A DNA stretch of 64,000 nt from Alkalispirochaeta sp. (GTDB lineage: Bacteria; Spirochaetota; Spirochaetia; DSM-27196; Alkalispirochaetaceae): positions 1,344,001 through 1,408,000 of the forward strand of contig OZ271854.1 of the NCBI GenBank assembly GCA_965601925.1, read 5' to 3'. Below are positions 47,983 to 57,431 of the stretch, in pieces. The position numbers and the translations under genes are program-made. Under the pieces are notes generated by a model. The model was given only the letters and a program-made list of their open reading frames with translations. It made no database searches and had not been told where the DNA came from. The stretch's first letter is position 1, and every line of letters starts with the position of its first letter.

Positions 47983-49625
47983 TTCCATACCTCCGTGAAC
48001 GCGTGCTTGTGACTGCAGTACTCGCAGACGTAGTGACCGTCGATACTCCGCCGAAAGCTCGGGAGCGTCTGCTCCCCGTTTGTCGGATGGGTGATGCACG
48101 CCTCGTTGCGGCATATCAACTCCGGAAGGCCGTAAATCCGCATCGGATGGCCCAGGCGCACCTTACGCCGTACTTCGCCGTCGGCGATGACGTTGACCGT
48201 TGCGCCGGGTACGACCGCGGCGAGCTTGCGGATCTCCCGGTCGCTCAGGCCGGGGTGTTCCGGACGAAAGAGCAGCCCCTTTGCGCGACCGTCGCCGCCG
48301 GTGCTGATCCACTCTCCGCCGCGACCGTGAAGCTTCATCACCGAGATGAGGGTGGCGAGGTGGCTGCGAATCTCTTCGGAATCGGCACCGACAAAGATAT
48401 GGTCGATCACCACCCCATCGCGGATCGGACGTATCCCCTCGGAGTAGTGCCGCGTCGCTGCCGACGCCTCGACTTCCACCGTCGATCGCTGGGGAACTTC
48501 GTGGATGAAATCGGACTCCGGTGCCGGGGTGGGCCCGATCGGTCCCGCGTAGTCGTCCCCGATGCGCCCGGAGACCATCGCCAACAGGGCGATACGCACG
48601 ATCCAGCCGTTCGAGCTTTGTCGCTCCCACCCGTTGAGGGATGAGTCGTCCAAGGAGACCGGAATGGTCGGATGTTCTCTATGCCGCGGCAGAGGGTGAT
48701 AGAAGACGGTTCGGTCGGGCAGCCGTTCGCCGTCGAGCGGGTCGAAGGTGATCGCCGAACGCAACTCCGCCGCGCGGCGCAGGACGCGCTCCCCCATGCG
48801 TTCGATCTGCGGGCGGGTGAAGTACCATTGCCGCGCTACGCCGAGCGGAGGGCTCGTGTTTTCCCCGGCCGTAGCCGTCTCGCGGCCGGCACAGGACAGA
48901 TACTCGTCGATCGAGGCAAACTCGCGCACTGCAAACCCTTGATCGCGCATCTGTTCAACATACGGCCTCGGCATGCTGAGCTCCGACGGTGCAACCAAGT
49001 CCACGGCGACCTCATCGAACAGTTCCAGGCCGTGAACCTTGGAATGGACGGTGCGTCCGTGATACAGATCGCCCACCAGTGCCAAATGGATCCGTCGGCT
49101 GTCCCAATCGAGATCTTCCAAAAAAGTGAACTCGTCGAGAAGCTCCTGGGTCGGATGCTCGTGGCGCCCGTCGCCGGCATTTATGAACGAGACCGGCGCC
49201 GCTACGTCGTGGCGAGCGCGGTAGCGTTCGGTCTTCTCGGCAAGATACCGGCACACCCCTTCAAGGCGACTGCGAATCACGAACACGCGGTTGTCGTAGC
49301 CGATGAGATTGGCAAAGGTGTCCGCGTAGCTCTCCGACTTGTTGAAACTACTCGATGCGGCGTTGAGCTCGGAGAACTTGAGGCGATGAAAGTGCGCCGC
49401 GTTCTTGAACGACTCCCGCGTGCGCGTACTGTCTTCCAAAAAGACCTCATACATCCCGAAGTCGGGATCGTTGATGCGAAATGCGTCGAGGACCGCACGA
49501 TCGCCGCGACGGTGCGCCTCCTTCAACTCTCTCGCGCGGCGATAGAGGTACAATCGCTCTTCGCGGTTAAGATCCTTGATGACCGCTAAGCTGCGACCGA
49601 TAAACGGGTGGGATCGTTGCGTCAT
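47979..49625 (-). CDS. pyrB: Fused aspartate carbamoyltransferase catalytic/regulatory protein PyrB-PyrI
   Basis: FLEDSTRT, HEHPTQ, GDLYHGRTVHS, HPLP catalytic motifs, then PyrI IRDGVVIDHI and Zn motif CRNEACIT..CEYC. Confidence 0.93.
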   Translation of the reverse strand: MTQRSHPFIGRSLAVIKDLNREERLYLYRRARELKEAHRRGDRAVLDAFRINDPDFGMYEVFLEDSTRTRESFKNAAHFHRLKFSELNAASSSFNKSESYADTFANLIGYDNRVFVIRSRLEGVCRYLAEKTERYRARHDVAAPVSFINAGDGRHEHPTQELLDEFTFLEDLDWDSRRIHLALVGDLYHGRTVHSKVHGLELFDEVAVDLVAPSELSMPRPYVEQMRDQGFAVREFASIDEYLSCAGRETATAGENTSPPLGVARQWYFTRPQIERMGERVLRRAAELRSAITFDPLDGERLPDRTVFYHPLPRHREHPTIPVSLDDSSLNGWERQSSNGWIVRIALLAMVSGRIGDDYAGPIGPTPAPESDFIHEVPQRSTVEVEASAATRHYSEGIRPIRDGVVIDHIFVGADSEEIRSHLATLISVMKLHGRGGEWISTGGDGRAKGLLFRPEHPGLSDREIRKLAAVVPGATVNVIADGEVRRKVRLGHPMRIYGLPELICRNEACITHPTNGEQTLPSFRRSIDGHYVCEYCSHKHAFTEVWK

Positions 49626-49677
49626 GCGTTCCTCCCGACGCGGTGTATCGCTGCGGACTCGCGAAAGTCCCGGGGAC

Positions 49678-49704
49678 AAAAAAAAGCACCGGAAAAACCG
49701 GTGC
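49678..49704 (-). terminator. Leader terminator (attenuator) upstream of pyrBI
   Basis: Minus strand GCACCGG-TTTTT-CCGGTGC followed by T8, about 50 nt upstream of the pyrBI ATG. Confidence 0.8.
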
Positions 49705-49761
49705 CTCTCACATCGTGCTCATATACCGTAAACAGTCGCGGAAACGGACGCCCCGACGGCC

Positions 49762-49803
49762 TCAACCGAAGACGGCCGTTGCAATCGCTCGGTTCATACA
49801 CAT
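49762..49803 (-). other. Candidate 13-aa leader peptide (MCMNRAIATAVFG) of the pyr operon
   Basis: GGAG upstream, ATG 49803, TGA 49764-49762 inside a hairpin arm, upstream of the leader terminator. Confidence 0.35.
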
Positions 49804-49864
49804 CGTGTCGTGTCTCCGCTATTCGCATAAATTGTCGGGAGCATATGGGACCTCCGATGTTCTG

Positions 49865-50770
49865 TCAAGAGCCTTGCTCGGGTACGAGAATCCGTACCGC
49901 ACGCGGACGCACTCTGATGGTTAGCGGTGCCGATGCTATGACATCTCCGTCGCCCTGCACCGGGAGCGCCTCGTGGCACTCGATAATCACCGTATCCTCC
50001 ACCGAGAGATGCGTGATATGCGAATTCTCGCGCTCCCTCGAAAAGAGAATGCTACCGGCTATTCTCAGATAATCGGTAAGTCTCTTCGGTCGAAACACGA
50101 ATACGTCGATACGCCCGTCGTCCACGCGGATCCCGTCACCGATACGTACGTGCGGTACGCCGAGGGCGGGGCAGTTCACGACAAACACTTCCACCGCCGA
50201 AAAAACATGGCTATTTCCGTCGGCAATGATGCGAAAACGACGCCGACGAGCGTTCCGTAGCGTCCCCAGGCCCGCTAAGACATACGCAAAGAACCCCAAC
50301 TGAGACTTTGCGTCCCGGTCTGCTCTCCGCATCATGCGCGCGGTAAGGCCGACTCCGACATTGAGCAAGAAGCTCGTTTGGCCGCGCTGCATCACATCGA
50401 CGGCGCGAAGCCGCGGCTCGTCGTCGAGAAGGGCGGCAGCCGCGGAGAGATCGGAGGGAATACGTAGGTCACGTGCAAAAACATTCGCCGTGCCCGCGGG
50501 AAGTATCGCCATTGGTATGTCGGTTCCGATGAGCGCGGCGGCGACACTCGACACGGTACCGTCTCCCCCCGAGGCGACGACCACATCGAATCCCTCGGCA
50601 AGCCTTCTCCGTACGATTTCGGTCACGTCGTCCGCCTCGGCGGTCTCATAGAGAGAATAGGATGTCGATGACCGATGCGCGAACATCCTCTCCACCACGC
50701 CACGCACATCGCGAGGATCGGTGGTTCCCGCGACCGGGTTCAAAACTACCAGGATTCTGTTCCACGTCAC
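49865..50770 (-). CDS. Diacylglycerol/lipid kinase family protein (YegS/DagK-like)
   Basis: VLNPVAG, SGGDGT, LPAGTANVFA, QGDGD motifs; start placed at GTG 50770. Confidence 0.9.
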   Translation of the reverse strand: MTWNRILVVLNPVAGTTDPRDVRGVVERMFAHRSSTSYSLYETAEADDVTEIVRRRLAEGFDVVVASGGDGTVSSVAAALIGTDIPMAILPAGTANVFARDLRIPSDLSAAAALLDDEPRLRAVDVMQRGQTSFLLNVGVGLTARMMRRADRDAKSQLGFFAYVLAGLGTLRNARRRRFRIIADGNSHVFSAVEVFVVNCPALGVPHVRIGDGIRVDDGRIDVFVFRPKRLTDYLRIAGSILFSRERENSHITHLSVEDTVIIECHEALPVQGDGDVIASAPLTIRVRPRAVRILVPEQGS

Positions 50771-50849
50771 ACGCCGAGCTCCCGATTGTCGACCGAAGGC
50801 TAATGTCTCGACGAATCGCGTAGCCCCAAAAAGCCGCGATTCAAGCCGG

Positions 50850-51944
50850 TCACCGCTCCACGCGCGCCGAACCGCCACCTACCAGCTTCTCGACCTCGGC
50901 GAGCTGCGCCATCGATGTGTCGCCCGGCGTGGTCATTGCGAGAGCCCCATGGGCGGCGCCGTACTCCACCGCGAGGGCCGGTCCTTTCCCGGCGAGAAAT
51001 CCGTAAATAAGCCCGGAGGCGAAGCTGTCCCCGCCCCCGACGCGGTCGAGAATCTCCAGCCCCGGGCGGTGCGTTGCGCGATGGAACGCGCCCTCGTGAT
51101 ACAAGATCGCTCCCCAATCGTTGATCGTCGCCGTTCGCACGTCCCTGAGAGTCGTAGCCACAGCTTGGAAGTTGGGAAACTCGGCGACCACGGTACGGAT
51201 CATCTTCTCAAAGTTCGAGACGTCCAGCCCGGTAACGTCCTCGTCGACCCCTTCTACCTCAAAACCGAGGGAGGCGGTGAAATCCTCTTCATTTCCGATC
51301 ATGACGTCCACGTACTGCGCGATCTCGCGGTTGACCTCTTGAGCGCGCTCTTTGCCGCCGATCGCTTTCCACAGGGAGGGGCGATAGTTCAGATCGTAGC
51401 TGATAATCGTCCCGTGTTTTCGTGCCGCCTTCATCGCCTGGATGATCACCGCCGGGGTCGTCTCTGAGAGCGCCGCGTAGATACCGCCCGTATGAAACCA
51501 ACGCGCCCCCTCGACGCCGAAAATGTGCTCCCAGTCGATATCGCTCGCTTTGAGGGCGCTTGCCGCGGAGCGGGCGCGATCGGATACCCCCTTTGCGGCG
51601 CGCGCGCCGAATCCGCGCTCGGTGAAGTTGAGTCCGATGCGGACGTCGCGACCGATTCCGTCGTAATCGAACCACTTGCTGTGGCGGTAGTCGACGCCCC
51701 CTTGGAGCAGGAGATCCTCCAAAAGGTAGCCGACCTCGTTGCGGACAAGCCCCGTGACGACCGCCGCTCGCAGCCCGAAGCACCGTCTGAGCCCTCGCGT
51801 CACGTTGTACTCGCCGCCCCCTTCCCATACGCGAAATGCACGCGTCGTCCGCACACGCCCTTCACCGGGGTCGAGCCGAAGCATGATTTCGCCGAGGGAG
51901 ACTGCATCCCACATCACCTCGTTGGAGTCTCGTACCGTAAGCAT
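50850..51944 (-). CDS. kdgK: 2-keto-3-deoxygluconate kinase (PfkB family)
   Basis: GEIMLRL, GGGEYNV, SYDLNYRPSLW, GNEEDF, DRVGGGDSF, TTPGD motifs. Confidence 0.88.
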   Translation of the reverse strand: MLTVRDSNEVMWDAVSLGEIMLRLDPGEGRVRTTRAFRVWEGGGEYNVTRGLRRCFGLRAAVVTGLVRNEVGYLLEDLLLQGGVDYRHSKWFDYDGIGRDVRIGLNFTERGFGARAAKGVSDRARSAASALKASDIDWEHIFGVEGARWFHTGGIYAALSETTPAVIIQAMKAARKHGTIISYDLNYRPSLWKAIGGKERAQEVNREIAQYVDVMIGNEEDFTASLGFEVEGVDEDVTGLDVSNFEKMIRTVVAEFPNFQAVATTLRDVRTATINDWGAILYHEGAFHRATHRPGLEILDRVGGGDSFASGLIYGFLAGKGPALAVEYGAAHGALAMTTPGDTSMAQLAEVEKLVGGGSARVER

Positions 51945-52148
51945 GGTGGTATCATACCCGAGGTTCCCGGCGGGCGGTAGTATCCGTGCTCCCCCGGTCG
52001 GCACATTCGTGGAGTCTGACGGAGAGGTTATAATCGACCTCGCGGGCTATACGCGAGGGTGGCGGAACGGATAGGCGGCACCGTCACCCGTCCGGCGACG
52101 GCGTAAGCACGCCGTTCGACGTCGCACCCGAACTGCGCTACGATCGAC

Positions 52149-52901
52149 CTACGCGACCTTTCCTACCGGAGCGAGATACACGGTGAACTCATCTCTCCCA
52201 TCAACACCGAGAAGCTGATCGATTTTGGCGTGGTCGTATGCTCCGATGCCGCACGTTCCCGCGCCGATCGACGTGCACGCCAGATAGAGATTTTGGCATA
52301 AGTGGCCGGCGTCCACGGCGATCATCTTGTGTGAGATGATGTCGTAACGCCACTCCGTTCGATACGGGAGGGCGGTCCACGCGAAGAGCACGGCACACTC
52401 GGCGCAGAACTGCTGGCCCCGGCACGCATCGGTTACCCTGTCGGTGGGGTTTGCGCCGCCGCGCACGAGTACGAGCTTATGCTCCAGAGGAAGATACCGG
52501 TACAATCCCACCTCGATACCTTCTACGGCGTTCACCATCAGATACGTTTCGAAGGGGTGTCGCGCCCCGGCCGACGGAACGGTACGCAACCGTTCGGCGC
52601 GTCCCCGTAACCCTTGAGTCGACCACAATAGGAAGGAGAGCTCTTCCAAGCTGAGGTGGTCGGGGAGAAACTTCCGCGCGCTCTTTCTTGCTGCGATGAC
52701 GTCGATGAGAGGCGTGTTACCGACGGTGAACCGCTCCGGCGTCACCAGATTTATCAACTGCGCGCCTTCGGGGTACGATTTTTGCACCTCAGGCGCCGGA
52801 ACACCCCTTCTTTGATCCGATTCAAACGCGTCGAATCGCTCCCACAAATCACCCTTCAAAAAGTCGCGATAATCTTCATTCGGCTTCATATCGTGCTCCA
52901 T
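52149..52901 (-). CDS. SagB/ThcOx-like nitroreductase-family FMN oxidoreductase
   Basis: RKSARKF, LSLEELSFLLW, RTVPSAGARHP, DAGHLCQNLYL motifs; start 52901 or 52889. Confidence 0.88.
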   Translation of the reverse strand: MEHDMKPNEDYRDFLKGDLWERFDAFESDQRRGVPAPEVQKSYPEGAQLINLVTPERFTVGNTPLIDVIAARKSARKFLPDHLSLEELSFLLWSTQGLRGRAERLRTVPSAGARHPFETYLMVNAVEGIEVGLYRYLPLEHKLVLVRGGANPTDRVTDACRGQQFCAECAVLFAWTALPYRTEWRYDIISHKMIAVDAGHLCQNLYLACTSIGAGTCGIGAYDHAKIDQLLGVDGRDEFTVYLAPVGKVA

Positions 52902-53220
52902 AACGTTACGTCTCTCGATAGGCCCTACCGACGACGCGGTCGCATCGAGAATGAAGGGGCCTTCGATCGACCGAAGGCGGTGGGTCGCCCTTCGCTCAAC
53001 GCCGCCGCGTACGCTCCGCTTCGCGGTTGCCGTGCATCTTACACGGCAAGGTCGCGCTCGACATAGTACCCGCACCGTGTCCCGTATGATACTTCGCGGC
53101 TTTTGCGTGGGGAGCTGCGGACGGGGAGTCCGCCGTCGAGAAAAGACACGCCGTCTTCGAGGCTGGACCGACGACTCGACGTGTACGCCGTGTGGTATGG
53201 TAGACGGCGGAGAATACACG

Positions 53221-54027
53221 ATGCGGAATGAAGTACGGACATACTACGATGCGGGCGTCATTACCGAGTGGACGCGGTTGGATCGGCATCCGGTTGAGTT
53301 TGAGATGACGAAACGGCATCTGGCGCCATTCATTGCGCCCGCCTCCCACATAGCCGATATCGGCGGCGGGCCGGGACGATACGCTTTTTACTTCGCCGAG
53401 CGGGGTCACGCGGTGAGCCTCATCGACCTGTCGCCCGAGAACATCGCATTTGCCCGAGCTCACGCTCGCACGAACGGTGTTGCGCTCGATGAGGCGTGTG
53501 TCGGGGACGCGACGGACCTCTCCGCTATCGATTCCGAGATGTTTGACGTGACGCTCTGTCTGGGACCGTTGTATCATCTACCCAATGAGCGAGATCGCGC
53601 CGATGCGATCAATGAGTGCATACGCATCACACGGCCCGAGGGAGCGATTGCGTACGCGTTCATCTCACCGGTTGCCCACGCGATCTCCGTGCTTGTGCGC
53701 AACCCCGCCGGCTTAGGTGATGCGGCGACGGCACTTCATGATGTGTTCACACATGGAGAGAACCGCACGGATTACGATCTCGGCTTTACCCACGCCCACT
53801 ACATGCGCGCTCACGACGTGCGACCCTATTTGGAAACGTTCGGTTTACACGTGCGCGTCGTCGCCGGTGTAGAGACGCTCGTATGGGCGATAGAAGAGCG
53901 GATCGACGAACTCGACTCCAAGACGCGGGCGAAATGGCTCGACTACTGCTTTGATATCTCTACCGATGCGTCGATCATGGGTGCGTCGCAGCACATCCTC
54001 GCGGTATGCACGAAGGCGGACGACTGA
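53221..54027 (+). CDS. Class I SAM-dependent methyltransferase
   Basis: EWTRL, ADIGGGPGRYA, LIDLS, LGPLYHL motifs; GGAG RBS. Confidence 0.88.
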   Translation: MRNEVRTYYDAGVITEWTRLDRHPVEFEMTKRHLAPFIAPASHIADIGGGPGRYAFYFAERGHAVSLIDLSPENIAFARAHARTNGVALDEACVGDATDLSAIDSEMFDVTLCLGPLYHLPNERDRADAINECIRITRPEGAIAYAFISPVAHAISVLVRNPAGLGDAATALHDVFTHGENRTDYDLGFTHAHYMRAHDVRPYLETFGLHVRVVAGVETLVWAIEERIDELDSKTRAKWLDYCFDISTDASIMGASQHILAVCTKADD

Positions 54028-54138
54028 GCACAACATCGGCACGGCCGACGCAAAAACGGGGCCCGGGCACCCCCTACGACGCCGCGGCCGGTTTGAGGCT
54101 GCGCTCTGAGATAAGCCAAGCAAGCGGGTCTATGCAGA

Positions 54139-54471
54139 TTACTTAGCCTTGTAGCGGTCGGGCTGATCGAAGAACGTGATGTCGGCATAGCCAGCGTGAA
54201 TCTTTGCCGAATGCGGAACACCGGGCGGGATGTAGTAGTTATCACCCCTGGTATACGAGACTGTTTCGCCGTTCATAGTCAGGTCGATCTGACCATTGAG
54301 AACATAGCCGATCTGCGCCTCATGGGAATGCTCGGGAAGGTCTACATCCTCGGCGAACTCCATGAAGATAATCTGATGGCTCTCAGCTTGTGACAGATAC
54401 GCGGTGATCCCGGATAGCGGAATGTCTGCCTCGGGCAGTTTGCGTACCGGCTCAGCGAAGTTCGATGACAT
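54139..54471 (-). CDS. Cupin domain protein
   Basis: PEHSHEAQIGYVLNG and GDNYYIPPGVPHS cupin motifs; AGGAG RBS. Confidence 0.88.
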   Translation of the reverse strand: MSSNFAEPVRKLPEADIPLSGITAYLSQAESHQIIFMEFAEDVDLPEHSHEAQIGYVLNGQIDLTMNGETVSYTRGDNYYIPPGVPHSAKIHAGYADITFFDQPDRYKAK

Positions 54472-54512
54472 TCGTGTTCTCCCTTCTCCTGTGTAGGCAG
54501 GAAACAGACCCG

Positions 54513-54854
54513 CTACTTCAGTTCGACGAAGATGTTTATGCCGCTCCCGGAACCATCCGCCCATTCAAACTCTTCGGTGATGCGGACAAGCGAGCCTGTC
54601 CAGTCGACAGTCGCATTGGAGTGGCCCGTCTTGAACTCGTTGTTGTCGTGCACCTGACAGTACGAGAACTCAAGCCTGGTGCCGTTCAGCAATCCGACAA
54701 GAAAGCCACGCTGAACGCGTCCTCCCGAATAGGATGCGGAGACAAGACTCTCTTGCTGCTGAAACTCAAAGAGAGTGTCGCTATTGACGACACCATCGGC
54801 GGCGGTTGTTTCAACGGTGAACCTTCTGCCATGCAGTTGTAAGCGCTCAGCCAT
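54513..54854 (-). CDS. Small beta-rich hypothetical protein
   Basis: ATG 54854 with GAGG RBS; alternating beta-strand pattern (TLFEFQQ, SASYSGG, LEFSYCQ, EEFEW); tightly spaced with neighbours. Confidence 0.7.
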   Translation of the reverse strand: MAERLQLHGRRFTVETTAADGVVNSDTLFEFQQQESLVSASYSGGRVQRGFLVGLLNGTRLEFSYCQVHDNNEFKTGHSNATVDWTGSLVRITEEFEWADGSGSGINIFVELK

Positions 54855-54861
54855 TGTCGCC

Positions 54862-55299
54862 TCACTCTGCGTCCGCGTTCGACTTGAGCCGACCAAGCAG
54901 ATCCCGTACGTCGGCAGCCGCCGACGCGGGGACGGCATAATAGTCAAACAGGTCGCCAATCGCTGAGTCATAGCCGCACACAACACCGACACCCGAACCG
55001 CATTCCCGTTTGATGACATTCGCTAGCCACCCGACAAAGCCGCTGTTGTCTTCGCGTACGGGGAATCGCACGCGAAAGAGCGCGCACAATTCATCGGCCT
55101 GCTCAGTTTTGCGCAACACTGACCACGCATCGTCAAGCTTGATTAGTGCCAGAATCTCCCCTGATAGGGTTAATGAGTCAATGTCAGCATCTACGGGTTC
55201 GAACGCGTAATGCCCCTCATACCAGACGATCTCGGCTCGGGCAAACACCATGCTGAGCCGCCGATTCGTTTCGTCCGGTTGTTCTTTAGATACATCCAT
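54862..55299 (-). CDS. Hypothetical protein, DUF6196-like / ACT-like
   Basis: GAGG RBS; DNSGFVGWLA..GVGVVCG..FDY motif recalled from DUF6196 proteins (not verified). Confidence 0.65.
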   Translation of the reverse strand: MDVSKEQPDETNRRLSMVFARAEIVWYEGHYAFEPVDADIDSLTLSGEILALIKLDDAWSVLRKTEQADELCALFRVRFPVREDNSGFVGWLANVIKRECGSGVGVVCGYDSAIGDLFDYYAVPASAAADVRDLLGRLKSNADAE

Positions 55300-55401
55300 A
55301 TCGTCCTCGTACGTATCATATGTTGAGGAAATGACACTGCAATACAATATAGACAGAGCCATCTCTTGCATAGCGGTAGGCGTACTACACGTATGCACCT
55401 A

Positions 55402-55572
55402 CTAATGTCCTGTCCCGGAGATTCGCTCGCATAAGCGAGCGAGCTTCGCGAGTATTGAATCTGTAGTTGCATGCCACGCGAGGGGCACTGAGTTCTTGTT
55501 CCATGCAACGACGAAAAACTCGATCTTCGCAACCAGCTCTTTGACGCTGGAGAACGACCCGCGGTGGATCGC
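55402..55572 (-). mobile_element. IS630-family transposase 3' remnant
   Basis: Manual translation AIHRGSFSSVKELVAKIEFFVVAWNKNSVPLAWHATTDSILAKLARLCERISGTGH*, typical of IS630 transposase C-termini; ends GGACATTAG with the TA-containing stop at the element end. Confidence 0.8.
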
Positions 55573-55843
55573 GCAGCTCCGTCGCCATAGCGTCGATGAC
55601 GGCGTAGAGGCCGTCGGTTACGGACTTCCCCTTCAATGCTTCGCCGTACCTCCGCAGGTGCGATCGCCCGCCATGGATGGCCGCCTCTCGTATCAGCTCA
55701 TCTTTGCCGGCCGGGAAGTGGTGATAGAGGCTGCCTTTCGGTACTCCGACGGCGGCGAGCACTTCGTTGACGCAGGTGCCGAAGTATCCCTTCCGTCGTA
55801 TTAGCTCGGAAGCGACGGCGATGAGACGTTCTCGTGTCTTCAT
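55573..55843 (-). pseudogene. Truncated TetR/AcrR-family regulator
   Basis: MKTRERLIAVASELIRRKGYFGTCVNEVLAAVGVPKGSLYHHFPAGKDEL HTH; TetR-like sequence stops after about 90 codons at the IS630 junction, and the frame runs on through IS DNA to 55385. Confidence 0.75.
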
Positions 55844-55895
55844 GATTCGAGTATACACGGTGACCGATGATGGGTATCCGGTAAACGCCGAGCCC

Positions 55896-56762
55896 TCAGC
55901 CGCCGTGATCGATCTGCCGACGAGCCGTCCACGGCACGGCGGTCGCGACCGCCTCCACAACCCTGGAGACCCGCCTCCTATCGGACTCGGCGCTCTCGAC
56001 GACGGAGATCCCCGCGACGGGAGCGTTATCGGCGACGGCTGCGAGAAGCGACGCGAGACGTTCGAAATCGATGCCGACCGGGATATCGCACTTGGGATTG
56101 GCGTAGATGTCGGGATGTAGTACATCGAGATCGAGATGCACGTATACCGGGTCCGGACGGGCGGCGCAATATGCCGCCAACGAGCCCGCGTCCTCGGCGG
56201 TGAAACGGCGAATACCGTGGCGCTCGATCGCCGCCGACTCGGGTGGGTCGAGCAGCTTCTGGCCGACCAGCGCCACCCGATCGCGCGGCAACGCCGACTC
56301 ATCCGGAAAAAAGTGTCGATGCGCCGCGGCGTCGGTGATGATACCGAGCGCCATGCCGTGAATGTATCCGGACGGTGAGGATGCAGGAGTATGCAGGTCG
56401 CCGTGCGCGTCGATCCAGATTACGTGAAGTCGCCGGTAGCGACGCTTCATATATGAGACCGTCGCAATCGAGGCCGCGCATCCGCCGCCGAGAAGCACAG
56501 CGTGATCGGGAGCCCGCTCGTCGAGGATCGTGCGGATACCGCGAAGCGCTTTGCGATACACCTCGAAGTCCCGCACGCCGTGTCGCCGTTCCGAATGCGC
56601 ATCGGTATCGACGAAAAACTCGTAGCCCGACGCCGCGCCGGGAACCATATCCTGCAGGAGGCGTGCGCCGGCGGTCAGACTCGCCGCCAACGCGCTTCCG
56701 TACCAGAGATTGGAGGTGACGACGATCGCCTCGGGTCGTGTGTCACGTAACGGTGACGACAA
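55896..56762 (-). CDS. Arginase/ureohydrolase family protein
   Basis: WIDAHGDLHTP..SPSG..HGM and YVHLDLDVL metal motifs; start uncertain (TTG 56762 with GGGAG). Confidence 0.8.
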   Translation of the reverse strand: MSSPLRDTRPEAIVVTSNLWYGSALAASLTAGARLLQDMVPGAASGYEFFVDTDAHSERRHGVRDFEVYRKALRGIRTILDERAPDHAVLLGGGCAASIATVSYMKRRYRRLHVIWIDAHGDLHTPASSPSGYIHGMALGIITDAAAHRHFFPDESALPRDRVALVGQKLLDPPESAAIERHGIRRFTAEDAGSLAAYCAARPDPVYVHLDLDVLHPDIYANPKCDIPVGIDFERLASLLAAVADNAPVAGISVVESAESDRRRVSRVVEAVATAVPWTARRQIDHGG

Positions 56763-57246
56763 ACACGATCTCCCATAGGGTCGGCGGCCCGGCACGGTGT
56801 CGGACGGGGACGGAAACGGGGACGGCGATGCGTCGCGGATATCCTCGGTCGAGGGTCGTCACATCGACGGTAAAGGACGTGGACCCGAGATCGTACTCGA
56901 TCATGGGCGGTCTCCACTCGATCGCGTGCTCGGCGTTGTCCGGAGGACCCGTGTACAACTGTTCGTACAAATCGGCCCTGAACACGTGAGTGACGCACTC
57001 CAAGAGCCGTGCGGGATTGACCGCGGTCCGGAGTGTTTGACCCGGCGACATGAGTGCCCGCTCACCGTCGACCGTCCCGACGACGACCGATACGCGAACG
57101 TCCCAGTCGCCTTCGACCACCTCACCGGTCACCGGTTGCGCGGACTGAAACCGAAGTTCGACCGTTTCGGTCCACAACCACCGCTCGGCACCGATCTGCG
57201 ACACGAGCGCGAACGTCAAAAGAAGTGCGGCGACAAATCGTTTCAT
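56743..57246 (-). CDS. Secreted hypothetical protein
   Basis: GGGAGG RBS; signal peptide MKRFVAALLLTFALVSQIGA; beta-rich mature part. Confidence 0.7.
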   Translation of the reverse strand: MKRFVAALLLTFALVSQIGAERWLWTETVELRFQSAQPVTGEVVEGDWDVRVSVVVGTVDGERALMSPGQTLRTAVNPARLLECVTHVFRADLYEQLYTGPPDNAEHAIEWRPPMIEYDLGSTSFTVDVTTLDRGYPRRIAVPVSVPVRHRAGPPTLWEIVFVVTVT

Positions 57247-57431
57247 CGGAGCGTTCCTCCCGTCGATACAACTCTTCGATAGCATACCATACGACCGAGA
57301 TATCCCAATGGATAAGCACGCCACTACTCATACCGGGGACGATACCGGGTTCGTGAGGCGTTTTACGACGACAATACGCGGGATGCAGCCCGTAACATAT
57401 CGACCGAAATGGTCGGACTTGCATAGCGTTG

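Noticed and set aside
49700..49730. PyrR-binding loop (GTGAGAGGC resembles part of the consensus)
   Set aside because: The AGUCC-like 5' part and enclosing stem are not evident and no pyrR is in the window; left as an Rfam check.
52098..52115. Hairpin ACGGCGT-AAGC-ACGCCGT as a terminator
   Set aside because: No U-tract on either strand; too weak to call.
52149..54027. RiPP (azole) biosynthetic cluster suggested by the SagB-like oxidase and methyltransferase
   Set aside because: No YcaO, E1-like protein, precursor peptide or transporter nearby; stand-alone SagB-like genes are common.
54513..54854. N-acetylglutamate synthase label that I recall being attached to similar small proteins
   Set aside because: No GNAT acetyl-CoA or kinase-like motifs are visible; left as hypothetical.
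54030..55400. Integron cassette array
   Set aside because: No convincing attC (RYYYAAC...GTTRRRY) sites, spacers are too short and there is no integrase.
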